A stretch of DNA of 62,246 bases, filler included. It is 4 parts of 4 records of this genome, joined end to end, with 100 filler letters (N's around TTAATTAATTAA, not from the genome) between each part and the next. Parts side by side here need not be neighbours in the genome. Positions count along the whole stretch, not along the records: positions 12,324 to 38,367 come from SRR31147125_4545; 3 more parts are not named here. One strand, given 5' to 3'. A program made the position numbers and the translations under genes. Position 1 is the first letter of the stretch; each line of letters starts with the position of its first letter. The notes beneath the pieces are model-generated. The model was not told the origin of the DNA. It ran no database searches and was given only the letters and a program-made list of their open reading frames with translations. Shown here piece after piece: positions 12,324-24,060 of the stretch.

Positions 12324-15300
12324 GGATCTCAGTATAAGTGTTTGTTTGCAGGCGGTAAAAATATATTCCTGAGGGTATACCTGAACCATCCCAGGTTAAG
12401 GAATATTGTCCGATGGCATGAAAAGAATCCATCAATGTTTCTATCAGCTGACCATTTGCATTATAAATGGATATATTGATATGGCTATTCTCCGGAACGG
12501 TGTATTTAATGGTTGTTACCGGATTAAAGGGATTCGGGTAATTTTGAGATAAAGAGAAACCTGCTGGAATTACAGACCAGGAGTTGTCTCTATCATCAAC
12601 AGCTGTTGGATAGGTAATTCGGATTTCTACTGTATCCGGTATGATTCCTTCAGAACTTGCAATGATTCTAACAGTATCAACCTCAACATTCGCCAGATAC
12701 TCTATTGTTGCTATACCATTTTCTGCCTGGATTTCATGGTGGCTAAGCTGTCCAGGACCTTCAAGTTCAAAAGTAATAATATTGTTTGACCTGGTACTCA
12801 CTAATCCATTTTCATCAACAAGGTAACATATTATCTTAGCCCTGTTTTCCTGACTATTGTGCAATAATTCTCTAAATGTAGTGAGTTGTAGCTTTACCGG
12901 CTCTGCTCCTCCCTGGGCCGATTGTATATAAAACGCCACATCAGGCACATTCGATTCAGCTTTTGGAATAATGTCCATTAATTGTCTATCGATAACCGGG
13001 GCAATACGAGAATCAAACCACTCACCATTCCATGGATCATAATAATCTATCTTGTAATGTTCAAAATCATTACTGAGGACATTTGTAAAAGAATAAACTT
13101 GTCCTGTTATGCTTTCTCCGTTTTGATCTCTGATCCATCCAAACGCTGTTGACTCTCCATACATTCCAAACAGATCATACTTTTCGGTATGGGTCTCAAA
13201 ATGAGCCTGACTCTCATTAATAAAATCAATTTGTGAAACAAAATTAGCAAAATGGGCCATCCGATCCAACAGGGACGCATCCAGTTCGTCCAATTTCCAC
13301 CAGACAGGCGTCATAGCCAGCCCATTCGACATGGCTGTCCAAATTGCATTGTGATACGCAACAGGCGCAAGAGGCATTTTTTGTAGTTGGGTAAAAACAC
13401 CTGCTTCACCAATGATGGCAGGTTTGGGAAAACCTGACCAGAATCGTTTTGTCGCAAAAGCAAAATTAGAAACACTGCTCCATAACAGGTTGCTATGGGA
13501 TTTTACAGGCCAACCCTGGTATTCGTAAATATGAAGATTGGGCATGTCACAGGAACCATAAAGTTGTGGTTCATATTCTGTATATCCGCCACTCTTCGAG
13601 GCTGTGGTAGGATGATTATAAGGATCATTTTCTTTGAAAAAAGTGTCTACCTTTCTCACCCAATTCAATGCTTCATGTCGACGACCAGCAGCCCAACCAT
13701 CTGTACCATTTATTTCATTAATAATCTCCCAGATAGCAAGAGAGCGGCTATAGCCCCAGCGGGCGATAAGGTATCGGTACTGCTTTTTCTGGTATTCCCA
13801 ACAGGTTGAGTCCTTGTAAACATCTTTAACATCACAAATTTCTCTGTAAGGATTGTTATGCCACTCGTGCGCCCAGACGGTGTTGGAAAACAAATCATGG
13901 GGCCAGGGACAAAACATCACTTTAAGTCCCCGTTCTTCAGACATCTCGATCATTTCATCAATACGACCACATTTTGGCTGGTTATATCGGCCCAATTCAT
14001 TTTCAATGATCCCATAACTGGAAATATACCCACCATAACTAATATTCCACATGGCATACATATTGGCATCATGTTCCTGCAATAGATTCAATCTATTAAC
14101 AGTTAGATTCCAGGCCACATACATTCCGACTCCATAAAAGGACGATCCGTCATCATACTCCAGATAGTGTGGATTTTTTTCCGAAACGTGAATCCATCCT
14201 TTGTGCTCAGAATCAATCGCGTTGAATTGAAATACATCGCTGGTGCCTGTACCATCCTTGTCGGTCGCCCGGACTGAATAGGTCCACTGCCCCGTCTCGT
14301 TAGGAGCAAACCGAATTTTCCATTGCGCGATATCCTGATAGTCATCAAAAAAAGCAAAAATGTTCCATTCTTTACCAGAGGGAGAAGTAAATGTGGCCTG
14401 AATATCAATTTCTTCAGGATTATATGGATTTATATAGTCCGCATCCTTTAAATCCAAAACAACCTCTAATTTTTCATACAAACCAACTGTTGTGGAATTA
14501 ATCTCTTTAATTCCAATCACAGGCGGTGCTCCTGGCAGAGAAGTTCTGGCACTGACCTGATCCGAAGGTGGTGAGTCATCTCCATCTGTATTGACAGCAG
14601 TGATTTTATAATAATATGTTGTATAGGCATTTAATTCTGTATCGATAAACTCGCTTAATGATGTACTATCAATAAGGGTTGATTTATTAATTAAAAAACC
14701 GGGAGAAATATCACGATAAATCCTGTAATAGGCAAAATTTTCTTCCGTATTATCACTCCAATCCAAAGCAATTTCTGAAAGATTGAGAGAAATAGCTGTT
14801 AATCCCGTAGGCGGTTTAGGCAGGCCAAATACAACATAATCCAAATAGACTGTGATATCGACTGTTTCCGTTAAAGCCACCACCTGCAAACCAGCCTCCA
14901 ACATTGGGAAAACAGCATTCTGAGGAACTGTAATAGTTATCTCATTCCAGGCATTATATTGTAATCCACTGTAACCATACCAATTGCCATCAACCCAGTT
15001 ACCATTGTTATCTTTTAAAAAGGTTTTCAAGCCATTTATCTGTGCCCCACCGGGAACCCACACGTGATAATACAAGATCTCTCCTGGTTTCAAATTCGGA
15101 TTATCAACAGCCACATACCAGTAAGTATCATTTGTAAAGCCTTTAATATGCCACCTGAGTGAGTGTGAGCCCTGATAAGCCTGTTCAGTTGAATTGCTGA
15201 GAGCAAGAGTGTCGCCTTTTGCTCCAAAGTTATCCTTTGCCAGCCAGCCCTGCAGAGTGCCATCTTCCCAATCCCAGATGGTCGCATTTGTGACACTGAT

Positions 15301-15366
15301 GAACAACAGGATTGCTGCACATATACTACAAAATAAATAATTATGTAAATGTGTAATCATTTTCAA
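12324..15366 (-). CDS. Secreted multimodular glycoside hydrolase (CBM-like, FN3, DUF5060, GH5-like TIM barrel, Ig-like, C-terminal sorting domain); last codons truncated
   Basis: Signal peptide; FN3 PTGLTA...YYYKITAVN; NPYNPEEID...WKIRFAP; YLIARWGYS..IWEIINE acid/base motif; KPAIIGE nucleophile; LSQNYPNPFNP tail. Confidence 0.8.
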
Positions 15367-15531
15367 CTCTCTTATTCGACAGGATCAATGGACCAGAACA
15401 TCATTTTAATTTCACCATCTAAATCAAATAGTTCTTGTTTAATCTTTTTCCTGGATTATAATAATTTTAAAATTTGAAAGAATGTGATAAAGAAATGCTA
15501 TAACTCGAGTATTATTCAAACAAATTATTGG

Positions 15532-15566
15532 AAAAGAAAGAGGGCCTATCAGGCCCTCTTTCTTTT
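15532..15566. terminator. Intrinsic terminator (bidirectional)
   Basis: AAAAGAAAGAGGGCCT-atc-AGGCCCTCTTTCTTTT, downstream of the 15628 gene. Confidence 0.85.
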
Positions 15567-15627
15567 GTTATTTTTTCAATTTTAAAATTAGAGAATAATA
15601 GTAAAAGTAACATATGATCAAATGGTC

Positions 15628-18177
15628 TTATCGGATTAACATCATCTTGAGCGTTTTTTTATGATTAGCTGTTTCCAGCGTGTAGAAATACAGTCCGGTA
15701 GCCATATTGGATGCATCCCATGTAACGTGGTGGATGCCGGCTGCCATTCGTTTGTCCACCAAGGTGATCATTTTTTGACCCAGTACATTATAAATTGACA
15801 GGTTTACATGAGAAAGTTTACCTAATGTAAAACGGATATTGGTTACTGGATTGAATGGATTTGGGTAGTTTTGCGATAGCTCGTAACCTTCTGGCAGCTT
15901 GTTACTCGCCTTTACCGACGTGGAGATTTCTTTAATCAGCTGAATATAATCCACATTAAAATCATTTCCAATCAAGGTGACAGTATGCGCACCTGCAGTT
16001 AAGCTGAAATTATCAGACAACACATTTTGTCCGGTTGAATCGGTATTGGCTGTAATCTCAACACTTGACAAAACAGATTGTCCATCTATTTGTATTTCTG
16101 CCGTTTGTGTAGCATTGTAGTTCTGAAAGAAAAGCTGAAACCGATACCTTCCATCGGAGGGTACATTCATATTCCAGGAGATGCTTCCGCTTGTATTCAG
16201 AGCAACAGACTTGAAACCATTGGGTGTCCATGGTGCACCTTCTCCTATTGGCATGACAATGGCATAATCTGTAACATCAGGAGCCCTCAAAGAGGCTACG
16301 ACAGTTTCCGTTCCTGGCTGTAAAAGATCAAAACCGGCAAAATGCTGCCATCCCCACGAAGATTCGATTTTGATGACATTTTGACCGGCAGGAAAAGTCA
16401 ACGCTCCTGCCTCATTTAAATCTGCCTGAGTCCATCTTACCCAGGTCCAGTCATCAATCACCATACCTGTGGTGACACCCAGGGCATTATCATAGATTAA
16501 TTCGCCCCAACCATGAGCCGCATCATGAATTGCCACACCATTGATGTAGGTATGCTGTCCTCTTTGTGCATTACTGCGCATGTGCGTCCATATATTCAGG
16601 TCATATTCTCCACCTGTTGCCAGGTCGAACGTCCATTCCATATAACCACCACCATCCATTTGAAAGTATGAAAATCCCTGAAAAGATTCCACAGCAGCAT
16701 CTCCACCAAGAGTGCCATTTTCAGCCTCGACCGTTTCTGTCACTTCAAATGAAATCTTTTCCCCTGCTTTCGCTTCTAAATCGGCGATATATTGTTCTTT
16801 GTTCGCTTCAAATTCATCCTTTGCGATTGGAAACCAGTTGAGATCACCGAGCGGGAGGCCGTCAGAACCAGCACTTAAAAGTTGGTTATTCGTATATGAA
16901 AAATCTTCAGGCAATGGCCAATTAATACAGACTTCACATACTGAGCCATCTGGATTCGTCGGGAGTTGCCAAAAATAGGGATTGGCAGGGGTGACACCTG
17001 CGCGGAGATCTTCAATGTTCTGAATCATATCAGGGATTTGTGCTGTGAGATCCGGATCATATGTAATCAATCCCGGAAAATCTGATACCTGATTGTCGAC
17101 CTCTACAATGTTATCGTATACATTAAAATAATCCCGCATAGAGAGATTATCCAATAATGGTTGTGCCACAAGACTATCAGCATAATATGTCGCAAATGCC
17201 GGATCACGCCAGGTGGCCGTGTTTGCCACAAGGATTCTTCGTCCTTGTTCGGGACCATATATGGATGGCAAAGCACCAATTGAGATCATGCCGGCGTTTT
17301 CTCTATCAGGTTCACGGCTCGGATCGGTGAGATCAATGTTCCCTTCACCGTGCCAGAAACCATTCACGACCAGGTTATTGGCAAAGTAACCTTCTCGCCA
17401 CCAGTTGCCTGAAGTAATACCGCGGCCAATATTCACCAGCGTGTTATGGTTGAAACGGGCATAGTTGGCAGCACCGCCCTCGAGCTGAAACGCAGTCATA
17501 CCAATATTGAAAAATGTACAATTCTCGACAATGACGCTATCCTGATCGGCCCAGATTGATATACCACGACCTTCCCATTGTTGAGTACTGGGTTTACCAA
17601 TAAGGTTGCGGAAGACACAATCCTTATACATTATATCATTATTGGTTCCTGTAAATGCAATGAGTGCAAAATTAGTACGCGTTAGAACACAATTCTCAAT
17701 TAAGAATTGGGAGTCACTCGCATCCATTTGGATAGGCTGGTAGTAGGTCTGCACACCCGTATTATCATGGCCGGTGAGCCACAGGTTCTTCAGGGTAACA
17801 GAAGCCAAACCGGTGAGAATTCGTCCATCGACGTTACCCTCTGCGTCTTCAACCATCTGAATGACGGCCGGCGCTTCTTCCAACGTTGATCCGGGTTTCT
17901 CACCAACAATGCGCAAATGGAATCCATCGTTTTCAATACGACCTGTAAGCCAGTAATAACCACCTCTTTTTAACTTGTAAACGCGGCCTTCAGGTCTTTC
18001 CGTATCCAGAGCAATCGCATCGCGGAGTGAATTGACAATTACATCTCCGGTTTGCTCATTTAGCCATTCGACAACAAGTGTGTCGCTCTGCTGGGCATAG
18101 GCCTGATGCGCTTGTCCAATGAAAACCCATGAAACCAGAGTTAACAGAATGAATGTGAAATAATGTTTCATAATCAT
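15628..18177 (-). CDS. Secreted beta-helix protein with CBM6/CBM35-like modules and a C-terminal sorting domain; partner of the TonB receptor
   Basis: Signal peptide; VYKLKRGGYY; IVENCTFFN and FNHNTLVN beta-helix repeats; GLPLGDLNWF; EAE.GTL and DYIQL CBM motifs; LSQNYPNPFNP. Confidence 0.75.
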   Translation of the reverse strand: MIMKHYFTFILLTLVSWVFIGQAHQAYAQQSDTLVVEWLNEQTGDVIVNSLRDAIALDTERPEGRVYKLKRGGYYWLTGRIENDGFHLRIVGEKPGSTLEEAPAVIQMVEDAEGNVDGRILTGLASVTLKNLWLTGHDNTGVQTYYQPIQMDASDSQFLIENCVLTRTNFALIAFTGTNNDIMYKDCVFRNLIGKPSTQQWEGRGISIWADQDSVIVENCTFFNIGMTAFQLEGGAANYARFNHNTLVNIGRGITSGNWWREGYFANNLVVNGFWHGEGNIDLTDPSREPDRENAGMISIGALPSIYGPEQGRRILVANTATWRDPAFATYYADSLVAQPLLDNLSMRDYFNVYDNIVEVDNQVSDFPGLITYDPDLTAQIPDMIQNIEDLRAGVTPANPYFWQLPTNPDGSVCEVCINWPLPEDFSYTNNQLLSAGSDGLPLGDLNWFPIAKDEFEANKEQYIADLEAKAGEKISFEVTETVEAENGTLGGDAAVESFQGFSYFQMDGGGYMEWTFDLATGGEYDLNIWTHMRSNAQRGQHTYINGVAIHDAAHGWGELIYDNALGVTTGMVIDDWTWVRWTQADLNEAGALTFPAGQNVIKIESSWGWQHFAGFDLLQPGTETVVASLRAPDVTDYAIVMPIGEGAPWTPNGFKSVALNTSGSISWNMNVPSDGRYRFQLFFQNYNATQTAEIQIDGQSVLSSVEITANTDSTGQNVLSDNFSLTAGAHTVTLIGNDFNVDYIQLIKEISTSVKASNKLPEGYELSQNYPNPFNPVTNIRFTLGKLSHVNLSIYNVLGQKMITLVDKRMAAGIHHVTWDASNMATGLYFYTLETANHKKTLKMMLIR

Positions 18178-18251
18178 CCTCCAATCTTTAAGCTAGTTAA
18201 AAATTTTTATTTATTATGGTTTTTAGTGAGCTTACATTTTAATATTAATTA

Positions 18252-21188
18252 TTATAATCTATATCTCAGACCTAAGTCCATAGTAAATCCATAATATTCA
18301 GTGTAGGTTGGATCTTGTAAAGCATCTCCTCGATAATTCCAATCTGCTCTGCTGTTCAGATTAGTAAAATTGGCAAAAAATTGTAATCCTCGTCCCAATT
18401 TTTGCTGCAGCGTCAAATCCCAGCGCGCGTAGGCCCCGGAAAAGTTGTCCAGTTCCGGCTTACGATCAAGATAAGTGACCGTATCTGTTTGGTACAGATA
18501 AGACAATCTGGCTGAGAATCCTTTAAAGTCATAACCAAGAGTCACATTGGCGATATGCGCTGGCTGATCCGGCATACGGGACGTTCTTGTACTGTCTATT
18601 ATGACGGTCTCCCAAAGTGGTGGAAATTCACGGATTTTTTCCCCTCTACCCAGGAAATACAACTGTTTTTGCGTTTCAGACCAGATACGGGTATAGTTTA
18701 CATTCAAAACGATTCCTTTAAAAATCGACGGTAAATACCAAAAATGTGTTTGCCAATCCAGCTCAAATCCTTTATACGTGGCTTCATAGGGATTATTTAT
18801 ATAGGTATCTGTATCGGGGCTAGCTTCAATCCAACTTTCCGGGATGTTCAAACCCTGCAATACAGGTAATCCTGGTCTGAGGTAATAGTTAGTTTGAAAT
18901 ATCAGATCATCGATACTTTTATAAAAACCAGACACTGTAAAAAGACCGACATGATTCTGAAATATAGATACAGCAGCATCATAGTTGGTTGATTGAGCCG
19001 GTTTCAGTTCAGAGTTTGCGGCACGAACATAAGATTGATAAGAGTTGATCGTCGTGATGGGTGCGTACTGTATAAAATCTGGCCGTGTTAATGTCTCTGT
19101 TCGAGCGAGGCGAATTTTCATCCAATCGGTTGGTTGCGCAATCAAATGCACCATAGGCAGCCAAAAATCGTGTTCGCGTTCGATTGTCAGGCTGTCAAGA
19201 TCTGTCGGTTCTTGTTGTATATTGTTGCGCGTGACTTCTCTGTAACGCTGGCCGTTATATTTAGAATAATCTCCTTCCCACCGAACTCCTGGCAAAAGGG
19301 TGATACGATTTCCTAAATTGAACTCAGCCATGATGTAACCTGCCTTGTATCTTTCTTCACCATCGTAATCGCGTCCTCTTGATCCTATCGCATAGGGTAA
19401 ACCTTCAGGGCTGTCTAATAATGCATCTGTCAATCTTCTCATCATTGAATAATCCACGACAAATCCAAGTGGGTATTCACCATCCAGAAAATCGGAGCGG
19501 GCATAATCGCTCTTAAATACCCAAATCGGCAACAACCCATATTGATTAACATATTCTTCAATACCCCAGTTCGGAATTCGTTCATCAATGGCTGTTAGTG
19601 TCTGATTTGGGCCATTGCTATTGCCATACTGCATCCCGTCCCGACCGAACTGCTCTTCATCGTTTAGTCTATCCAGCCACCTAAATTTTCCACCCATTTT
19701 AAAATAGCCATTAACCTGTCTGCTTATACGAAAAGGTACTTCGATGTTTAGTTGCAATGAGGTTTGGTCTTCTTCTCGGATTGTATCCCAGACAAAGGCT
19801 TCCCGAAGACCTGTTTTATTGGAATCATTGGTGGCAATCGTTGGAATCTGGTTGGGGTGGGTTTCCGCCGTAACCTGACCTTCAAAAGCATTTGCCTCCT
19901 GCACAAATGACCATGTTTTTTCATCCGGATTTTCAGAACGTGACGCTGTTCTTGCAACATTGACATCATAACCTATCCAGTTAAAATCCTGTTTTAGACC
20001 AATGGAACCAGTAAAAATGGATGTTGTGCCACCGCGATCTTCCAACTCATAATAATGGCGGTTATCATTAATATCCATCCTGTTAATACGATACAATCCA
20101 TCCCATTTTAGTCGGTTGTAAAAGACGTTTCCGATTAACTTGCCGTTGGGAATCTTATAATCCATTAAAACACTCGTACCCGTTCGCCCTCTGGCAACAT
20201 CTTCTTCTCTCAAGCTGATATCTCTGGCAATGATTTCAGTCTGATCTGTTGTTCCAATAATTGTTTGCTGTCGATATTCGCCTTCGAACTTGTCTGCACT
20301 ACGGTCATATTCATCCGTATTAAAACTTGCAATGATGCCGAGACGACTGTCGTAAAAGCGGTTACTTACACTGCCAGTAAAATTATAGTTTCCATAATAA
20401 TCCTGAAGATGATTGTACCCACTCTGTGCGGAGGCATTCACAACAAGATAATCCGGTGCTTCTTTGAGCCTCAGATCCACAGTACCACCCAGTGCATCTG
20501 CATCCATGTCTGGTGTTATTGCTTTCTTTACCTCGATACCATCCAACATAGTCGATGAAATAAGGGATAAATCCACACTGCGGTCGTCTCCACCCGTCGC
20601 AGGAACGCGTACACCATTGATTGTGACAGTATTATGTTTTGGAGAGAGACCACGAATAGATATTTTTGTTGCTTCACCACCGGAACGATCAATAGATATA
20701 CCCGGTAGACGTCCGATCGATTCTGCGGCATTTACATCCGGAAGCTCCTCAATACGTGTTTTGGAAACGATATTTGCAATCGTATTTGAAGTAAGTTGTT
20801 GGTTGATGGCTGCCATTTGACCTTCAGCCTGGGCGGTCACAGTAATGATTTCACCCTCTACAACCTGAAAATCAAGATTAACGACTTTTTCTAGTGTTCT
20901 ACCAGTTTGTACAGAGACATCAACAGATTTTTCCTGGTAGCCTATATACTTTACCATCAATTTATAATTTCCGGGTGGAATTCTTGATATAACAAATTTC
21001 CCTTTTAAATCTGTTGCCGCGCCAAAATTGGTTCCTTCAATAAATACATTAGCTGCTGGCAGGGGTTCGCTGGATTGACTGTCATAAACATATCCTTCGA
21101 TTTTGCCATGTATAGCAGCATTTGAAATAGAAATGTTAAAAAGCAGGAATAAAAGAATAATTAATAATCTCAATTGCTTTCCATACAT
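18252..21188 (-). CDS. TonB-dependent receptor with an N-terminal carboxypeptidase-regulatory-like domain
   Basis: G.I.G.V.D...EPLPAANV; plug IEELPDVNAAESIGRLPG and DMDADALGG; C-terminal GLRYRL. Confidence 0.92.
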   Translation of the reverse strand: MYGKQLRLLIILLFLLFNISISNAAIHGKIEGYVYDSQSSEPLPAANVFIEGTNFGAATDLKGKFVISRIPPGNYKLMVKYIGYQEKSVDVSVQTGRTLEKVVNLDFQVVEGEIITVTAQAEGQMAAINQQLTSNTIANIVSKTRIEELPDVNAAESIGRLPGISIDRSGGEATKISIRGLSPKHNTVTINGVRVPATGGDDRSVDLSLISSTMLDGIEVKKAITPDMDADALGGTVDLRLKEAPDYLVVNASAQSGYNHLQDYYGNYNFTGSVSNRFYDSRLGIIASFNTDEYDRSADKFEGEYRQQTIIGTTDQTEIIARDISLREEDVARGRTGTSVLMDYKIPNGKLIGNVFYNRLKWDGLYRINRMDINDNRHYYELEDRGGTTSIFTGSIGLKQDFNWIGYDVNVARTASRSENPDEKTWSFVQEANAFEGQVTAETHPNQIPTIATNDSNKTGLREAFVWDTIREEDQTSLQLNIEVPFRISRQVNGYFKMGGKFRWLDRLNDEEQFGRDGMQYGNSNGPNQTLTAIDERIPNWGIEEYVNQYGLLPIWVFKSDYARSDFLDGEYPLGFVVDYSMMRRLTDALLDSPEGLPYAIGSRGRDYDGEERYKAGYIMAEFNLGNRITLLPGVRWEGDYSKYNGQRYREVTRNNIQQEPTDLDSLTIEREHDFWLPMVHLIAQPTDWMKIRLARTETLTRPDFIQYAPITTINSYQSYVRAANSELKPAQSTNYDAAVSIFQNHVGLFTVSGFYKSIDDLIFQTNYYLRPGLPVLQGLNIPESWIEASPDTDTYINNPYEATYKGFELDWQTHFWYLPSIFKGIVLNVNYTRIWSETQKQLYFLGRGEKIREFPPLWETVIIDSTRTSRMPDQPAHIANVTLGYDFKGFSARLSYLYQTDTVTYLDRKPELDNFSGAYARWDLTLQQKLGRGLQFFANFTNLNSRADWNYRGDALQDPTYTEYYGFTMDLGLRYRL

Positions 21189-21564
21189 ATTTTAATCTCC
21201 TTTTAAAAGGCCAAAAAAATATCCGGAATAAGAATTTGAGTTAGCTAGAAGACATTGTAAGTATTATTATAAAAAGAGAAAAGTCGGAGAAGGTGCTGGC
21301 TATTTTACCAATGGTAGTATTATATCGGAATGAGAACGTCCTTTGAGCGGATTTTCAAAGAAAATTATTAACACCAGAATGTGATAATCAAGGAGTGTAC
21401 TGAATGATTTTTTTGTTATTATAATATTATTATATGGAATCTCCTTATGTATTTATGAAATATAATATTTCAGAACAAATTTGGTAAGATTTAAAAAGAA
21501 TAATCAAATTTCACGATTTCAGTTATAAACAACATTAGAGCCATTACGGATAAAACTTTTCACA

Positions 21565-22581
21565 TTAATTATATAACGCTAAAGGCACATCACGTTTTCT
21601 GACAGATTGCCTTTCAATAAGTTTTACCGGTACAATGGTATTAACAGGCTTTTCAATCTCACCCTGAATCGTCTTTAATAAAATACGAACTCCAATAGAT
21701 CCCAATTCTTCTTTATAAACACGAATGGTTGTTAATGGTGGTGTTGAAATTTTGGCAAGGTCAATATCATCAAAACCTATGATACTTACATCATCGGGTA
21801 TTTTTAGATTCAAATCATGGATAGCCTTATAACCATAAAGTGCGTTGATATCATTGGCTGCAAATATTGCCGTTGTTTTATATTTTAATAGTTCTTTAAC
21901 CTGCTCATAACCAGATTCAATACCACTGGATTTTATCAATTTTTCATTCACATTGATTTTATTCAAACGCAGAGCTTTTAAATAACCAGCATATCTCTGT
22001 TTGAAACTCATACGGGATAGATCGCCGGAAATAAAGCCAATATTTCGATGTCCATGATCAATCAAATACTGGGTTGCTAAAAAGGCACCATGTTCGTTAT
22101 CAATCAGGACCTGGCAAAAATTATCATGGTTTTGTTTCGAGTCGATAAAAACAATGGGAAGCTTTTCTTCTATTAAACGATCCAGATATTCCTTTGGAAA
22201 AGTACCAAAAAGAATCATTCCATCAATTTGTCGCTCACGAACCATTTTAGGGAAATCGTCTTTTGTATTTTCGTTTATTATATGAATAATAAGGTTATAA
22301 TTATTAATAGCTGTTTCAGCCTCTATTCCCTCCAGGACTCTGGAATAAAATGGATTAGAGGAAAGGGCATGAAGATCACGGCAAAAAATGACGCCAATAT
22401 TTTCCCTTGTTTTCATTTTCAAGCCCTTGGCAAACGCGTTGGGTGTATAGTCCCTCTGGCGAATAATGTTGAGAATTTTGTTTTTTGTTTGCTCACTTAC
22501 ATCATGCCGGTCATTTAAGGCTTTCGAGACCGTTGATTGTGAAACACCTGCTAATTTGGCAATATCCTTAATGGTAAGCAT
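21565..22581 (-). CDS. LacI-family transcriptional repressor
   Basis: TIKDIAKLAGVSQSTVSKALN HTH; YTPN..A..L; IPDDVSIIGFDD; LTT. Confidence 0.95.
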   Translation of the reverse strand: MLTIKDIAKLAGVSQSTVSKALNDRHDVSEQTKNKILNIIRQRDYTPNAFAKGLKMKTRENIGVIFCRDLHALSSNPFYSRVLEGIEAETAINNYNLIIHIINENTKDDFPKMVRERQIDGMILFGTFPKEYLDRLIEEKLPIVFIDSKQNHDNFCQVLIDNEHGAFLATQYLIDHGHRNIGFISGDLSRMSFKQRYAGYLKALRLNKINVNEKLIKSSGIESGYEQVKELLKYKTTAIFAANDINALYGYKAIHDLNLKIPDDVSIIGFDDIDLAKISTPPLTTIRVYKEELGSIGVRILLKTIQGEIEKPVNTIVPVKLIERQSVRKRDVPLALYN

Positions 22582-22631
22582 AAACTAAAAGCTCGTTCTT
22601 GAATATAAATGAAAAATGTTCAACTAGCTAT

Positions 22632-22645
22632 CGAAAACGGTTTCG
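22632..22645. promoter_or_regulatory. LacI-type operator upstream of the LacI gene
   Basis: CGAAAACGGTTTCG, a near-palindrome with central CG; exact reverse complement of 28930-28943. Confidence 0.75.
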
Positions 22646-22821
22646 CATTTTTATTTTAATAATTTTATTAAAATAATCAAGTAATATTTTTAAATTACAT
22701 AAAACAAGTTAACAATATCATATTATGACATGATGTTTATCTTATAATATGAACGTTACATCACTTATACCTTTCGCCTGTTCAGTATAATATAATCATT
22801 TTATTGAATATTATTTCGTAA

Positions 22822-24021
22822 TTATTGGTAGATGCTCCACGTCTTTCGAATATTCATATTTCGATCTATCAGCTCAATTCTCTGTTTAACACATTTTCCT
22901 GTTCTTAATGGATCTGCAGGCGTATTTCTTAAATAATCCAATAACTTGTCAACAGTTGTACTGGCCACATGACAACGCGTATCTGAGGAGGCGTAATAGA
23001 TGAGGATCTCTCCATTTTGTCGACAAACCCAGCCGTTACTAAAAACAACATTGGACACATCGCCAACGCGCTCCTCATCGACAGGTGCCAGAAAATATCC
23101 GGCCGGCTCGTTTAGCATCTTAAATGGTTCATCGATACTGGTCATAAAGAGATACAATACATAACGTAATCCAGCAGCCGTATTCCGGACACCATGGGCT
23201 AAATGAAGCCATCCTTCTTTTGTTTTAATTGGAGCCGGTCCTAAACCATTTTTAGACTCTTTGATGGTATGATACTCACGATCATTAACGATGATCTCTT
23301 CATCAACCATAGCATGTTCGATATCCCGGGTTAATCCCCATCCTATTCCGCCACCAGAACCGGCTTCAATAAAGCCATCCTGTGGACGCGTATAAATTGC
23401 ATAGTGTTTGTTAACAAATTCAGGGTGTAAAACAACATTCCGTTGCTGCGGTGAACGCGTCTGTAAATCATTTAATCGCTCCCAGTGCAGCAAATCTTTT
23501 GTGCGAACAATACCACATTGTGCGATGGCAGTTGACGTGTCTGATTTACCGACTGTGGTATCCTTTCTCTCTGTACAGAACAATCCGTATATCCAGCCAT
23601 CTTCATGTTTGACCAACCGCATATCGTAAACATTGACATCCGGATTTTCCATTTCAGGTAATAAAATGGGATAATCCCAAAAGCGGAATTGATCCACACC
23701 ATTCGGGCTTTCAGCTATGGCAAAAAAGGATTTTCGATCAACACCTTCAACACGTGCAACCAGATATATTTTACCTTCCAGCTCTATGGCTCCTGGATTA
23801 AAAACGCCATTAATCCCCAGTCGCTCCTGTAACAACGGATTTGTTTTATAATCAAAATCATAGCGCCAAAACAAAGGTGTATGTTCCGCTGTAAGTACCG
23901 GGTATTTATATCGATTAAAGATTCCATTGGTTTCATTAATGATCTTGTTTTTTCGATTCACTAAAAGGTTATAATTTTTAAACAAATCCCCCAGACGACT
24001 ATCAAAAAAAGTATTACTCAT
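22822..24021 (-). CDS. GH130 4-O-beta-D-mannosyl-D-glucose phosphorylase
   Basis: [61 protein letters not shown] and [10 protein letters not shown]; mannan operon context. Confidence 0.9.
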   Translation of the reverse strand: MSNTFFDSRLGDLFKNYNLLVNRKNKIINETNGIFNRYKYPVLTAEHTPLFWRYDFDYKTNPLLQERLGINGVFNPGAIELEGKIYLVARVEGVDRKSFFAIAESPNGVDQFRFWDYPILLPEMENPDVNVYDMRLVKHEDGWIYGLFCTERKDTTVGKSDTSTAIAQCGIVRTKDLLHWERLNDLQTRSPQQRNVVLHPEFVNKHYAIYTRPQDGFIEAGSGGGIGWGLTRDIEHAMVDEEIIVNDREYHTIKESKNGLGPAPIKTKEGWLHLAHGVRNTAAGLRYVLYLFMTSIDEPFKMLNEPAGYFLAPVDEERVGDVSNVVFSNGWVCRQNGEILIYYASSDTRCHVASTTVDKLLDYLRNTPADPLRTGKCVKQRIELIDRNMNIRKTWSIYQ

Positions 24022-24060
24022 TTTGTTTCTCCTGCATAAAAACGATTATCGTCAAAATTA

